Below are positions 15,524-29,732 of a stretch of 64,000 nucleotides of DNA, piece after piece; position 1 is the first letter of the stretch; the number at the start of each line of letters is the position of its first letter. Below the pieces are notes generated by a model that searched no databases, had not been told where the DNA came from, and worked only from the letters and a program-made list of their open reading frames with translations. The position numbers were made by a program, and so were the translations under genes. The DNA is from the human T2T-CHM13v2.0 reference genome, Homo sapiens, in NCBI RefSeq assembly GCF_009914755.1, contig NC_060942.1. One strand, 5' to 3'.

Positions 15524-16081
15524 TTTTAAAATTTTTATCGGAAGCTCTATTTTACTCTGTTTCTGCCCCATCCCAGCACACTCATTTTCCTTTTCTTAGA
15601 AAAGAAAAATTAGTACCTCTTATTGAATGAGTATATAAAATTCCCTGCTGTATATTCCAGCTTCCCGTAACTCACCCCCAATGATAATAAACTGTGCTGA
15701 ACATCAAGGATGTTTGATTGAGGACATTAAAAATCACCAATTCAGTGTGTTCTCTTAATACTTTAAAAACCAATTTCCATTTTAATGGAGTTGGAATACA
15801 GCATTCTAATTTGTATGTCCTGTTAGGGAGACATTAAATGAAATTATACTTGCTTAGGATTTTTTTTTTACACTTTTTATCCATAAACAAGAGAGGTCCC
15901 AGGGTTACTTACAAAGTCAATTATTTTTAAATTAAGGGGCAGGTTAATTAGTTTCTTTATAGTTATTATTGAAGTATTATTTTCTGTTCTTTTTCCCTCT
16001 CTTGGTTGTCTTAATCCTGTGCATCATTTCCCTATTTTTGAGTAGATTAAGTGATAGTGAATAGGAAAAACTTAAAAACAG

Positions 16082-16680
16082 CTTTTTTTTTTTTAGAATT
16101 TTTTTTTATTACGGAAAATTTAAACACAATTACAAAAGTAGGCAAAATAATGTAATGAACTCTCACGTAATCATTACCCAGCATCAGCAGTTGCCAACTC
16201 ATGGCCAGTCTTACTTTATCTCGAATCACCTTCCTCTGCTTAGGTTATTTTGAAACTAATCCTAGATCTCATATCATTTCATCCATAAATACCTCTAAAC
16301 TTAAGTATCGCCATACAGAAATACTCCTTTGGAAGTACTTCAGTCAAAACGATGACACTGTTATTTTCTTAAAAATTAACACTAATTCCTATTTTTCAGC
16401 AATTACCTAGTCAGTGATCAAATTTCCATTAATCTTACATTTTTGGTTTGAATTATGATCCAAATGTGGTCCAAACCTAGTAATTGCATTTTTTATGTCT
16501 TTTAAATTTCTTTTAATTTTAGGTTTCCCGCCTCTCCAGCTCTTCTTCCCTCTCCTCTTCCACCCTCCCCCTCTCCCTCTCTTTCCTTGCAATTTACTTG
16601 TTGAAAAAACCAGGTTATTTGTCCTGTAGAGTTTCTCACAGGGTGAGTTTTTGTGACTGCATCTCTGTGGTGGTTACATT
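16082..16680 (-). mobile_element. Old L1M (L1MC5-like) 3' end
   Basis: T tail then ggaaaatttaaacac...tgaactctcacgtaatcattacccagc...catatcatttcatccataaatac. Confidence 0.72.
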
Positions 16681-16791
16681 GAAATTTTGGACATATATGT
16701 TGATAGGCTTTTTAATTTTTTTGAGTTTTGCTTAATGTTTACTACTTTGATGTGGAGAGGTAAGTTGGATCTTCTTTTGCTGGATTTAGAG

Positions 16792-17105
16792 CAGAGGTCC
16801 AAAACTGGTGCCGTGGGACACATGTGGCTCACAGGTGTGTTTTGTTTGGTAGGCACAATTGGAAATACTTTAAAGTTAATTGCCATGAGTTAGACATTGT
16901 AAAGTTCCCTTAAGAATCAAGATTTCTTCTTTTTTTAAATTCTGTTTTAAAAAATCAGAGTATCTGGGCACCCCAGCTTCTGTGGCAATGCCTCTGGTGA
17001 GTGGTGGGGCTCCTTCAGAGGGCGCATGCCCGCACCTGGTGCGAGCACACTCCTCATACAGGCTTCCTGCCTGGTCCCAGAGGCCTGCTGGGTTTGTGAA
17101 CCCTG
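16792..17105 (+). mobile_element. MER102-family hAT-Charlie MITE
   Basis: cagaggtccaaaactgg at left, gggtttgtgaaccctg at right; caggtgtgttttgtttgg internal motif. Confidence 0.7.
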
Positions 17106-18837
17106 ACTTAGAGGAACAGAGATTACCTTTATTTGTGTGGTGTCTCTGAAATTCAATGCATTTTTTGCCTCATGTTTTCTCCAAGCTGGTATTTGAGCTG
17201 TTTCACTGTCTAAGAATTGATGTTTATTCAGAGAGTGGTCAGAGTGCCAGCTGAAGTTCCTGCTGTGCTTCATACCTCTGTCTTAAGCCTGACTCCATGC
17301 ATTGCATGAATTTGTTCTCATGTGCCTCTCCCTTGGACTGTGGATATTGGTTTTTTAGTGCCTAACAGAAGGCTTGGTGTATAGTAGGTGCTCAATTCTT
17401 ATTGAATGAGTAAGGGAGAAAAGGAACCAGTAAATCAACCTGATAATGAAGGCATAGGAAGATAAACAGATCATGTAATGCACATCCATGTTTGAAACTT
17501 CAGTGATGTTAGCACCTCTACTTCCTCCACTGGCATGTGTTACTGGAAGTGATTGTAATCATGGTATGTTACTAGTATAACACTGTACAATATTATAAAT
17601 AATTTGTGTAGATATGCACATGTTTAGCTTAGACATTAGTCACATGTAAATCAGGGATAGGCTTCTTAATAATAGATTTTTAAACATTAGCTAGGCTTTC
17701 CTTTCTTGGCCTAAGAATTTGGAGTTTGAATTCCTCCATTTGGTTTATGTCCAAAGGAAGGAAGTACAGCATGGATAGAGCCCACAAACTTGAAGATAGT
17801 TTAGGAGGTATAGCTGGTGTAATTTTGTAATGTTTTAAAACCTGGCATTTGGATATCATTTAAAAACAATAATAATTTTAATACCATTGCATTTTAGGGT
17901 TTAGTAATCTTATTTGTTATACTAATGCATACTTTGAAATTAGAGTTGAGGTTTTAATTTTTTTGGTAGATGTTAAGCCTGCCTGAACCTTTACTTGCTG
18001 CTGACAACCTTTGATAAAAAGTGTGGGTGGGGTCAGGTTCTGTACCCTTTGACTCCAGGAGAATATTTAGTTTATCATGATTAAGAGAACAGGAAAAGTA
18101 AACACGTTACCAGTTGCATGTTCTAGTATAGGCTAAATTCTTATTCCCTAGTGGTTATTACATGAAAATGTAGTTTGAATGACTCCAAACAATCAATAAA
18201 CTAACATTGCATTAAGAAATCTAGCTCATTTTATACTGTTAAAAATTGTCAACAAGTGGTACTATTAAAAGTGAGGTGTTTCAATTTTAAGCAGTCCTTC
18301 AGTGGCATTTGTGGGTGGTGAGAACTCTCATTGAGAGCATGTGGGTGCCTTCACATAGTGCAGTGGTGAGTGACGGGGATGTGCTATAGTGTTGCAAGAA
18401 ATTAGAGGTTTTTTGGAGTAATTTTAATAGTACCACCGTTCTGTATTTACCAAATACTTTACATTTTTTAAACCATTTCAGTATTGAAATTATAATCACT
18501 AAACCAAATCTTTGAAAAATTCATGATTAAAATTAAAATTCTTAATGTTACTCTTGCCTCTTTTAGTGACTGAATTGAAAAAAGTTACTGGTAGTAAATG
18601 TTGGCCAGTGTTCTACATATGAATCTATGATAAGAATTTTTACAATCTGGAGGAAAACTATAAAGATTTGAAATCCAAATACTGTACTAGTATATAGTGA
18701 ACTGTGTCAGAGACTGGGTCAGAGGTGTTAGATCTGAATTGCTGACCACTGGATTTCTTTCTGGGCTCCCAAGGGGAATACTCAAATGCATGCCTAATAT
18801 ATGTTATATAAGTGGAGGAAGATGGAAGAAAAACTAA

Positions 18838-19198
<361 letters not shown>

Positions 19199-20066
19199 TA
19201 GTCAGGACTTACTTCGGCAATTTGCTTTTCTTCTTCCTTTTCTGCGTGTTGCCTTTGAAAATTGTAAGATGAACACTATTTGAATGATGTTCTTAAATAG
19301 CAATTAATTTAGTTTGTTTTGCCCAAATGATTTTAGCTTTGCAGTATTTTTTCTTTTAAAAAATGTATTATAGGCCATTTCAAGCCTGAAGACAAGAGTA
19401 ATATAAAGAACACCTGTGTAACTATCCACCAGCTTTGTTGAATCTAACATTTTGCTGTGCTTCAGATGTGATTTTTTTTTTTTTAAGTTGTAAACCTGTG
19501 TACAACTTTTGATCCACAACCTGGCGCGTGTGTTGTGAGATTTATTCCTATATATTGTATGTGGGTTTTTTTTTTCTATTATAAATGGTGTATTAAAACT
19601 AAAAAAAAGTTTGCTGGTGCATAGCAATGTGATTTATTTTTCGCTTGGTAGAACTTGCTTAAGCTTTCTGGACCTGGTAGCCTTTAAACTACAAATTCAA
19701 ATGTATCTAATGGTTGTAGCTATATTCAGGTTTTCTAATTGTTCTAGACTCAGTTTTGGGAAGAGATACTTTTCTAGAAAATATTCCATGTCTGTTTTTC
19801 AGCATTATTTAAGTCTACTACATTTCAGATGTCTCCTTTTTAGTTCCTTCTCTTTACTGTTGGTCTAACCATGGCTTTGTAACTTTTATTCGTGTTTTGA
19901 AAGAATCAGCATTAGGTTTTCTTGAAATTTCTATCATTCCCCTCTCCCATACTTAATTTATGCTCTTATTTTTAATTCCATCAATTAGTTTTGTTAGGAG
20001 TTCTCTTTCATTTTATTCCTAAGGTCAGGTGCTTAGCTTACTAATTTTTAGGCTTTCTTCATTTCC

Positions 20067-20233
20067 TTTTTTTTTTTTTTTTTTTTTTCTGTGGAAACAG
20101 AGTCTCGCTCTTTTGCCCAGGTTGGATTGCAGTGGAATGATCTTGGCTCACTGCAACCTCCACCTCCTGAGTTCAGGCGATTCTCAGCCTCCCAAAATGC
20201 TGGAATTACAGGTGTGAGCCACAGCGCCCAGCC
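20067..20233 (-). mobile_element. Monomer-length chimeric Alu (right-arm end fused to left-arm start)
   Basis: ttcaggcgattc runs into tcagcctcccaaaatgctggaattacaggtgtgagcc; about one arm missing. Confidence 0.85.
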
Positions 20234-20239
20234 GATTTT

Positions 20240-20610
20240 TGTCTTTCTTTCCCTTTCCTCCTCTTACCTTTCCTACCTTCCCTCCTCTCCCACCTTCCCT
20301 CCTCTCCCCTCCCCTTCCTTCGCTTCCTTCTTCAACAGGGTCTCCATGTGTCATTCAGGCTGGTGTGCACAGTCATGGGTCACTGCAGCCTTGAACTCCT
20401 GGGCTCAAGCGATTCTCCCACCTCAGCCTCCTGAGTAGGTGGACTGACAGGTGTTTGCCACTACACCTGGCTAATTTTTAAAAAATGTTTTGTAGAGACG
20501 GGGTCTCACTCTGTTGCCTAAGCTGGTTTTGAACTCCTGGGCTCAAGTGATCCTCTCGCCTTGGCCTTCCAGAGTGCTGGGATTACAGGTGTGAGCTACT
20601 GTACCTGGCT
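20240..20610 (-). mobile_element. AluJ with CT-rich low-complexity tail (20240-20332)
   Basis: gcagccttgaactcctgggctcaagcg J-type motif; pyrimidine tract precedes it. Confidence 0.88.
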
Positions 20611-21029
20611 GATTTTTTTTCTTTTATTTCATGAATTGTTTTAAAGGTCATTTTGATGTTTTCAAATACATCAGAATTTGTAAATTCAGATTTTACTATT
20701 TCAGATTTTATCGTATAATTGTCAAAGTGCCTGGATGATATTGATTCTTTGGTATTGGTTGAGATTAACTTTGTGATCTGGTATAATTGTTCCATGTCTG
20801 CTTGAAAAGAAGGTACATTCTAATTGTTGGGTGTTGGTTAGGTCTAATGTGTTCCTTAGATCGTGATTGTTAAGTATTTCATTCATCTTCTATAGTTTTA
20901 CTACTCAACTATTCACAGTACTATATACATGAAGTCCTTCTTCCATAATTGTGAATTCATGAAATTCCCCCTTTAATTCAATGTATTTTGAGGCTATGTT
21001 GATAAATAGCAGGCAAATTCAGGATAGGG

Positions 21030-21336
21030 TTTTTTTTGTTTTTTTTTTTTTTGAGATGAGGGTATCGCTCTGTCATCCAGGCTGGAGTGCAGTGGCACAA
21101 TCACTGCTCACTGCAGCCTCAGCCTCCTGGGCTCAAGTGATCCTCCCACCTCAGCCTCCTGAGTAGCTGGGACTACAGGCATATGCCACCACACTCGGCT
21201 AATTTTTTTAGTTTTTCCGTAGAGATGGGTTTTTGCCCTGTTGCCCAGGCTGGTCTGGAACTCCTGGGCTCAAGCAGTCTGCCGGCCTTGGCCACCAAAG
21301 TGCTGGGATTACAGGGGTGAGCCACCACGCCCCGCC
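21030..21336 (-). mobile_element. AluJ, full length
   Basis: ctcctgggctcaagtgatcctcccacc; flanks caaattcaggatag / caaattcggaatag. Confidence 0.92.
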
Positions 21337-22272
21337 CAAATTCGGAATAGTTATATTCTTCTTGTTGGTGGAATCTTTTTCTCATTATATAGTGACATTT
21401 TATTTCTAATAGTGACTTCTGCTTTAGTGGCTATTTTGCTTGATATTAATATGATGATAGCTTTTTTGGGTTACTGTTTACTTGGTATATATTTTTTCCT
21501 TTATGGTCTTACTATATTGCCATAGTTGCCCTTCTTCTAAACAACATATAGCAGGTTTAAAATTTAATCTGAGAATCTATGGATTCAATCTATTTATATT
21601 TGGATTTGTTTACTTTTGACTTTGTGGCTCCCCCCAACACACACACCTTTTAAGGTTTTAATTTTCTCTTTTCTTGGTAGTGTGTTCTTTAGTTCTCATT
21701 TTACTGTCCATTCTTCTGGAAGTTTTATAATACATTATTTTAGTGGTTACCTTTAAATATTTAACTTCAAAATGTCACATAAAAAGCGTATAATCACCAT
21801 TTCTTCAACATCCTTTCTTTAAAACAAAACCCCAAAAACAAAGACCTTAGAATACTTCAACTCTGATAACTCGTCTTCATTTGTAGGTGTTACACTTTTC
21901 TCTAGTGTTTTTGCTTTCTTACTTTTTTACTCCTGAAATTTTACATAATTATTATTATTTGGTCGGCACATGTTCAGATTTACCCAAAGGCTTGCTGGTA
22001 TTCTAAATAAATGTATATATAAGTTTTTTTTTTTTTTTAAATTTAAGTTTTGCAGCCTCATATGACCAAACTCCAAACCTCCTGGGAGTGGGGGAAAAAA
22101 GACTCTTAAAAAAGATACCTACTTGCAAAAAGAATTTACTACAATATGGAAAAGTATGTGGGAGAAAGTATGTATTTCTAGAGACTTTGAGATAACATTT
22201 AACATTCTGGCTATTTAACTTCTTCCTTTTCTTCCTTTCAGTTTCTCTCTTTCCAGTTTCTGCCTTTCCCGT

Positions 22273-23011
<739 letters not shown>

Positions 23012-23136
23012 CCCATTTTTCATCTTTCTTTTGGCAAAGGGTGTTGTTATTACGTGCAGTTATGTGTTCACTGGAGATACATACAGAAGTAGTTCATGTC
23101 CTCATGAGGCTTTCACCTAGACAAGTCTAGTAATAA

Positions 23137-23186
23137 TCTCTCTCTCTCTCTGTCTCTCCCTGCTCTCCCTCTCTCTCCATCCCTCT
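23137..23186 (+). repeat. (TC)n imperfect microsatellite
   Basis: Read directly. Confidence 0.8.
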
Positions 23187-24880
23187 ATACAGACACAATA
23201 GGGCACCTGCGGACTCCTATCAGACTTGTTGCTCTGTGATTACTAATATAGCCACTCTCTTTTACGTAGGAGAAAAAGAAAAAGCCTTTACAGTCTTCAA
23301 AACCCCGCACTTATATTTTTATAGTTTTTTTCAAAAGCTGTGCTCAGATTCAGCTTGTCTCAGATTGGACTGTTGACTTTTTGTCTTTTGCATTTATTGC
23401 CCTTCTTTTCTTTTTCCTGATTTCCAGCTACTTGTGAGACTTGTTGCTGTTGTGGAAGGAAACACTGTATTCTATAGTTTAACATAGGGAGGGTGAATTT
23501 CCTAGTTGTTTTTTTTTTTTTACAAGCTACTGGGTTCTCCACTTTCTTCTGTGATTCATTAATGTATTTTTTCTTGCTGCATTTCAAAAAACTCCCTGCT
23601 TTATTAAGGTTTAGGTGACAGGTCACCCCATTTTGGGTGAAACGCCTGGATGGAACAATTAAAGAGAAAATGAAAGGATTCAAGTACAATAGAGAGTGGG
23701 AAAAGAGAGAGAAATTTGTGGAGTTCATTTGTCTACATGTCTGTTCACGTTAAATACTGTTTCTCAGGTGTCCCTGATTCCTCAGGTGCCCAAAGTCCCA
23801 AAGTGAGAGATGCATTTTAAAAAACCAACACCAACAAAAAAGCAGTGTTAGCCACGTTTGATTTTTTCGGTACTGCAGCTGAGATGTCCGTGATCCATAG
23901 TGAATCTTGAATTGATTCTTAGAACTGCACATCTGAGATGTGTAAGAGGTTTTCCCCACTACTTATTCATAAGCCTAGTTGGCAGAATTGATCTGGAAAC
24001 ATTTCCTAGTATAATTATTATTTTCAAAAATAAATGTGAAGCATATAGAATGTTTGTGGGAGGAAGGGGGTAGTCTTTCCCTGTCCGAACTGTCTCTAAA
24101 ACAAGTGATGTATATGGAAGTGTCCAAAGGAGTAAAACTTGAAGGTGGCTCGGAATTTGACCTCTAGGTAGGAGAGAATTTGTACTTCAACTTCCTCCTG
24201 CAATGTTTTTCTAAGAGTAAGAACAACATCATCTCAAGGGGGAAAATGGCAAGCATGCAGAGGAGAGTCATTTGGCCTTGTTAGTCCAGTCCAGCTCCTT
24301 GGAAAAGGCTTTCATTTGTATGCTGCCTAATTATACTGTAAAAGAAAAGACTGAATCCATTAACTAGCCAGGCCCTTTGTGTCGCTCCTGAATCCCTTTA
24401 ATTTCGTGGCTGCATAGAAGCTTTATTCAGGGCATTCCTAGTCCTGCACTATCTTTCCTGTCTGGATGCCAGGCCCTATTCATGGTGTTCTCACTGCAGG
24501 AAGTTCTCACAGTCATTTGGGGTGGATGGAGGGGGAGGGGAAAGATGAGGGAAGGCAAAGGACTATGTGGGTCTTTCCCCTCCTCCATTTCCTGCTCTGC
24601 CCCTTAAAAACAAAACACCAAACAAAAAGCACACTCAGGAACATAGCTATAAAGGAGGGTCTTAAGTGACTCAGTGGATTGATAACTCCTGTTAACAGAA
24701 AATATGTCTTCTTCTGACATCTATTTACAAGTAGTACTAAAATACTCAGAAAAAGCTTTTCAGGTCATATGAGGGTAGGGGGCATTGGAATGGTAATGTG
24801 CTCCAAAGGAATTTATTCCTTACAGTGAATGTATTTTAAAGGATTTAAAAAGATTTTTATTTTTAAATTTTGTGTTTTCT

Positions 24881-25032
24881 TTTTTAGAGACAAGGTCTTG
24901 CTCTGTTGCCCAGGCTGGAGTGCAGTGGCATGAACATGCCTCCCTGCAGCCTTAAACACTTGGGCTCAGGCAGTCTTCTCGCTTTAGCCTCCTGAGTAGC
25001 TGGGACCACAGGCATGAGCACTGTGCCTGTCC
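24881..25032 (-). mobile_element. Free Alu monomer (FRAM/FAM-like)
   Basis: Single arm: gagacaaggtcttgctctgttgccc...caggcatgagcactgtgcc. Confidence 0.82.
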
Positions 25033-27639
25033 AGGCCCCCCGCGCCCCCACCCAGTAAAGAATAGCTCTTAAGGTTGTGTTAGTAGTAAGTTGGGAGTTG
25101 ACACAGAGAAGCAGGGTGTTCAAGCAAACATCTAAACATTTTAAAATCTAAACAGGAAGATAAAGAGGCTAAGGAATGCTTTTCTCTTCTGCATGGTCTT
25201 TAAAAGTAAGTATTATTTAGGTTTGGTTTAGAGTATGCGACCTTTTACAACAGACGCTGAATTGTTGTTATATCTCCAGTCTTTTCAAATAGATATGCAG
25301 ATAAAGAGGGGAACTAGAATGATTTTGTTTTGTTTCGAGAGGCCAGTGTGGTAGAAAATAGATAAAGATGAGTGTAGATGGATTCTTGAGAATAGCATGG
25401 CACCAATTTTGAATTGCCAGGATGTTCTCTTGGTTAATAGTAGTTCTGTAACCCAAGGGAAGCTTGATCTTGTTGCGTTTTGTTTGCTTTGAATGAATAC
25501 ATTATCAGGGGATGGTCAAGGTTAGATTCCACTCTTGTTACATGTTCAATATCTTTTTCAAAACTTTTGGGATCATTTCAAGTGTCTGCTCTCTTACTGT
25601 CTCAGTAGATCCTTATTGAAGCTGACCATGCAGTTAAAAACAACAACAAAAAATCAAACAGCTTGTCAAATCCCTGAAAAATCTTCAGTAGACAATAAGT
25701 GTGAATAACTGGATGAAAACTAAATAAAAGTGGAGAGTGTAGTTGTGTGTTGTGCCATATTACTACTGTGACATACATTTAAAAATTATAAACAAAGAAA
25801 AATAGCTGTTTAAGGGTTATGACAAGAAGAATTCTGACATGTGGAACCCTTGACTAGATGCATAGGAAACCAGGTAATAGAATAAGGATGAAGAACTGAA
25901 TATCAGTAGTTTGCATTGAGAGAAATAGTGCAGAGCTTTTTCTGTTTTGTTTTTTAGTGAGGTGGGCATGAGGATATGCTGCACATTTTATTATGGTTAA
26001 GGATGTTTTCTTAGGTAAAGTTCTCTTTTTTAATATGGGAAGCTGATGACAAAAAATGTTTTTAGTTCACAGTATTCTATATGATTTATCATTTTAATGT
26101 GCTCTTTTCTGATTTAATCAACTGAGTTTATATAAGTCACTTAAGAAGACTTTTACAATATGGTTTATATATAGAGTTTGATTAGAGGAAAATAACTGAA
26201 GGCTTGTTTTTATAATAGTAATATAATAACTATCATTTGTTGCACCCAGCAATGTCCCATAAGTTGCACAGGCACTTTGCATGCATTGCTGGCATCTGGT
26301 CCTGTTCCCTAGCAGATGTTTCTGTTCACTGCCTTCCTAAAAATTTAATCAGGTCACTGTAGATGTGTGTAGCTGCATTCAGGTGCTCTACTAAATAGTG
26401 GGACTTTAGAAATTCATTAGTTACTAAACATTGAGACAGGAGCATGCCCTGTCCATGCTGCCCACTCTAGGATGGGCTTCACCCTTCCTTTTCAGGATAT
26501 AACATGTTACTATTGTTGATGTACCTTCCAACAAATTAGGCTAATAAAAGTATAATTTCCCTAAGATTATGACTTTTTAAAGTTTGCAGTTTATTTCTCT
26601 GCAAGTTCAATTAATGAAATTGACTGTTTTGTAAGATTTCTTACTATGGGCCAAAGAAAGAGAAACCATAGTAATTTTTGATCCTGTGAGATTGAGGCTA
26701 TTGCTTTTCCTTGAAGTCAGCCCTTTTGGAGTTGGGTTGGTTATTTTCTTGAGCTGTCACCTATTCCTGATTGTCAATAAAGGCTGTGTGGTGAAAGCAT
26801 TTTGTTACACCCATGTAACTAGCCCTTCAGCTTGTAGTTCCCACCCTGCTTGTCTTAAACACTTCAGCTGTTCTTCTGAACTGCTTTACCATCTTACCTT
26901 CTCCAAGGAAGTTGCCATTGTACTTTGTCTTAGATTCTGGCCTCTCAGTTGTGCCTGAATTACTTGCTCAGCTGTTCTGTTCTGCTGTGGAATTCTTTTC
27001 ATCTTTGTGCAACAGGCATTCCCCATCACCTGTCTTGTCAGTCTGGCACACTGTGCTTGGAGACAAGACTAGGCAGTTGTTGGGTATGAATGTTGGGGTA
27101 GCAGTAGGGCATGTCTGTGTGTGCACAGGAATCTGTGCAGGGCACCTGTCTGCAAGTTGGCCACTCTTCTAGAGGTGTAGAGGCTGCAGTCTTCATACTT
27201 TTTTTCCCCTCCCAAACTGTTTCTCTGCCAGTTTCAGTGTAATAAAATGTGTTTGGCTTTCAGAGGCTTTCCGTTAAGAGGAACAAGAAGATTGCATTTT
27301 GCAGTTAACGCTGAGAGAGCAAGGTGTTTTTGCTTTGGGGAGCATCATGGAAAGGACTAGAAGGTGTTTGAGAAAGCTTCGTGTACTTTGGATCCACAGT
27401 ATCAAAAGTAGGCCTCTCCAGACCCCTGAGGGAAATATCAGAAGGGAGGGCTGCTTAGCTATTGTATCAAAACGTAATGGAAGTCATTCCCCCTGTAATT
27501 TGCTATAAGGGTAACAATGATATATACAACATACCAGATTCCACATATAAATTAAGAGAGAAGAAATAGGATTGAGGATGTAATGTTCACGGCGTTACAT
27601 TTCTGTAATGTTTAATAGAAAGTAGGAATTGCCATAGTC

Positions 27640-27761
27640 AGCTACACCTGGTGGTACATACCTGTAGTCCCAGCTACTTGGAAGGGTGAGGTGGGAGGAT
27701 TGCTTGAGCCCAGGAGATCAAGGCCTGGGCAGCATAGCAATACCCTGTCTCTGAAAAAAAA
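27640..27761 (+). mobile_element. FLAM (free left Alu monomer)
   Basis: cctgtagtcccagctac...gcatagcaataccctgtctct plus short A tail. Confidence 0.82.
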
Positions 27762-28186
27762 GTGACTGTAGTCTTTCTAGGATTTCTAATATGTGTCTCC
27801 AGGACCACAGTAGGCTTCTTGACATTGACAGATTTTTGTCTTTGAGTTAGCCAGCTAGACAACAGCATTTTGAAGTAACTGACATAGTGAAATTAGCTGA
27901 TGTTTTTTGTAGGAAGTAGAGGTTTAGACATTTTATGTTTCTTTCTTTGTTGTCCCCTGGATAGATAGATGATCATTATAATCCTTTCATTCTGTGCAGA
28001 TACGTGAAAGTTGAAAAGCACTTCTGTAACTAGCCCGGACGTCCAAAACCTGATCCTGTCATGCTCTGTCAACCCATTGGCTCATTCTTTTCCTTTCTTT
28101 AGGTTCTTACCAATACCAGTTTTCTCAATAAGTAACTCCTTCCCCTCTAATGATTCCTATGGAGAAAGAGGGCAAAGTTTAGATAG

Positions 28187-28554
28187 TGCCGTGGTGTGAG
28201 TGTATGTGTGTCCCTGTGCAATTCATATGTTGAAATCCTAAACTCCAAGGTGATAGTTTTAGGAGGTGGGGACCTTTTTGGGGGTGATTAGGTCATGAGA
28301 GCAAAGCCTTCATGAATAGGATTAGTGCCCTTATAAAAGACGCCTGAGAGAGACTATTCTTCTTCCACCCTGTGAGGATGCAGTGAGAAGGTGCCAGCTA
28401 TGAGCTAGGAATCTGACCCTCACCAGACATCAAATCTACTGGTGCCTTGATCTTGGACTTCCCAGCCTCCAGAACTGTGAGAAATACATTTCTGTTGTTT
28501 ATAAACTGCTCAGTTTATGGTACTTTGTTATAGCAGCCCAAACAGACTAAGACA
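28187..28554 (+). mobile_element. MLT1A0-like MaLR solo LTR, complete
   Basis: TG...CA ends, 5 bp TSD gatag, cccttataaaaga TATA, cttggacttcccagcctccagaactgtgagaaat. Confidence 0.92.
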
Positions 28555-28869
28555 GATAGAAAATTGCTTTATTTTGTGCTGGTAAGATAGTTTGTATCTA
28601 TTTTTTGTTTGCTTGAACTGGGCAGTTTCTATTGGGGGTTTCTTAGAAGGTATTATTCATTCTTCTGGGGGCAGTTCTCTTTTCTTACTTTCCCTTAGCA
28701 AATTATTCTTTTTGCCATTTCTTTATGTCTTGTTAAGGCAAAAAGAAACATGATTTGTGAGAATATTTTTGTTCCCCCCCCCCTTCAATTTGTGCCAAGT
28801 GAGAACACAGATTAATGATTTTTTTCTTTCTTTGACTCATTCATTTTTTTTTTTAATAAAATGTGTTAG

Positions 28870-29732
28870 AACATGCTACACTAGCTCATGATTCCCAAGT
28901 AACTTTAGTGGCTTGAAATAATAAAGGTTTATTTTCTGCTCATGTTGTGTTAATCATCATGGAGGGAGAGGGAAGCTTCGTGTATACATCATTATCCACT
29001 CAGGGAGCCAGGCTGATGGAGTAAACACTATCCGGAATGCTGCTGGCTACCAAAGGGAAAAGAAAGTTCTAGAGGGCTTCAGCTCACTTGGCAGAAGTGG
29101 CATGGCCTACCCAGCCACCAGGGAGCTAGGAAGGATAGTCCTGCCATGTGCCCAGAAGGAGAGGAGGCCCACACATTTAGCATGCCATCGTCTGCAAGTA
29201 ATGGACAGCCTGAATCAAAGAAGCTTAAATAATCAGGGGATTATTATTTCACAACATTGAGAATCCAGAAGTGGTTGGGATCTAGACAATATGTGGTATG
29301 ATGAGGAACTCATTGATGTCCTTAAGGACTTTAGTTTTTTCTCTCTGAGCTCTGCTATCCTTGACTTGGCGGTTTGCTCTCAGGCAGGCTTCGCTCTTGG
29401 CCATATGCTGCTGCGGCGGTTCTACATAACACTTTTGGAAACGACAGTCTAGAGAAGAGGGGGATAGGAAGAAACGGATACTTTTTCTTAAGAAAAATTC
29501 CCCAAAGCCCCCAGTTAGGTTTCCCACGTATCAGTGGGAGGAATTGTAATATACCCATTCTGAACCAGTTACCATGATTGGTTTAGAAATGAGAATCTCT
29601 TTGTTGGAGTTAGGGGCAGGGTTGACTTTCTCCTGAAGCACATGGCTATTTGCAGGACAGGTAGATACTTCAACAAAAGTGGGGTTTGATCAAGAAGAGA
29701 AGTGTAGAATGAGCCTCCAGCAATGTCTGCCA
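28870..29732 (-). mobile_element. Two adjacent old MaLR LTRs (MLT1K/L/N-like), junction near 29190
   Basis: agtggcttgaaataataaaggtttatttt, cagggagccaggctgatggag, gccatgtgcccagaagga; then gcttaaataatcagggg...aatgtctgcca. Confidence 0.6.

Larger units (their letters stand above)
19350..22030 (-). mobile_element. Highly degenerate old L1M fragments, interrupted by three Alus
   Basis: T-rich antisense L1-like text (gtgaattcatgaaattcccc...atgtattttgaggctatgtt; ttttagtggttacc). Confidence 0.55.
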
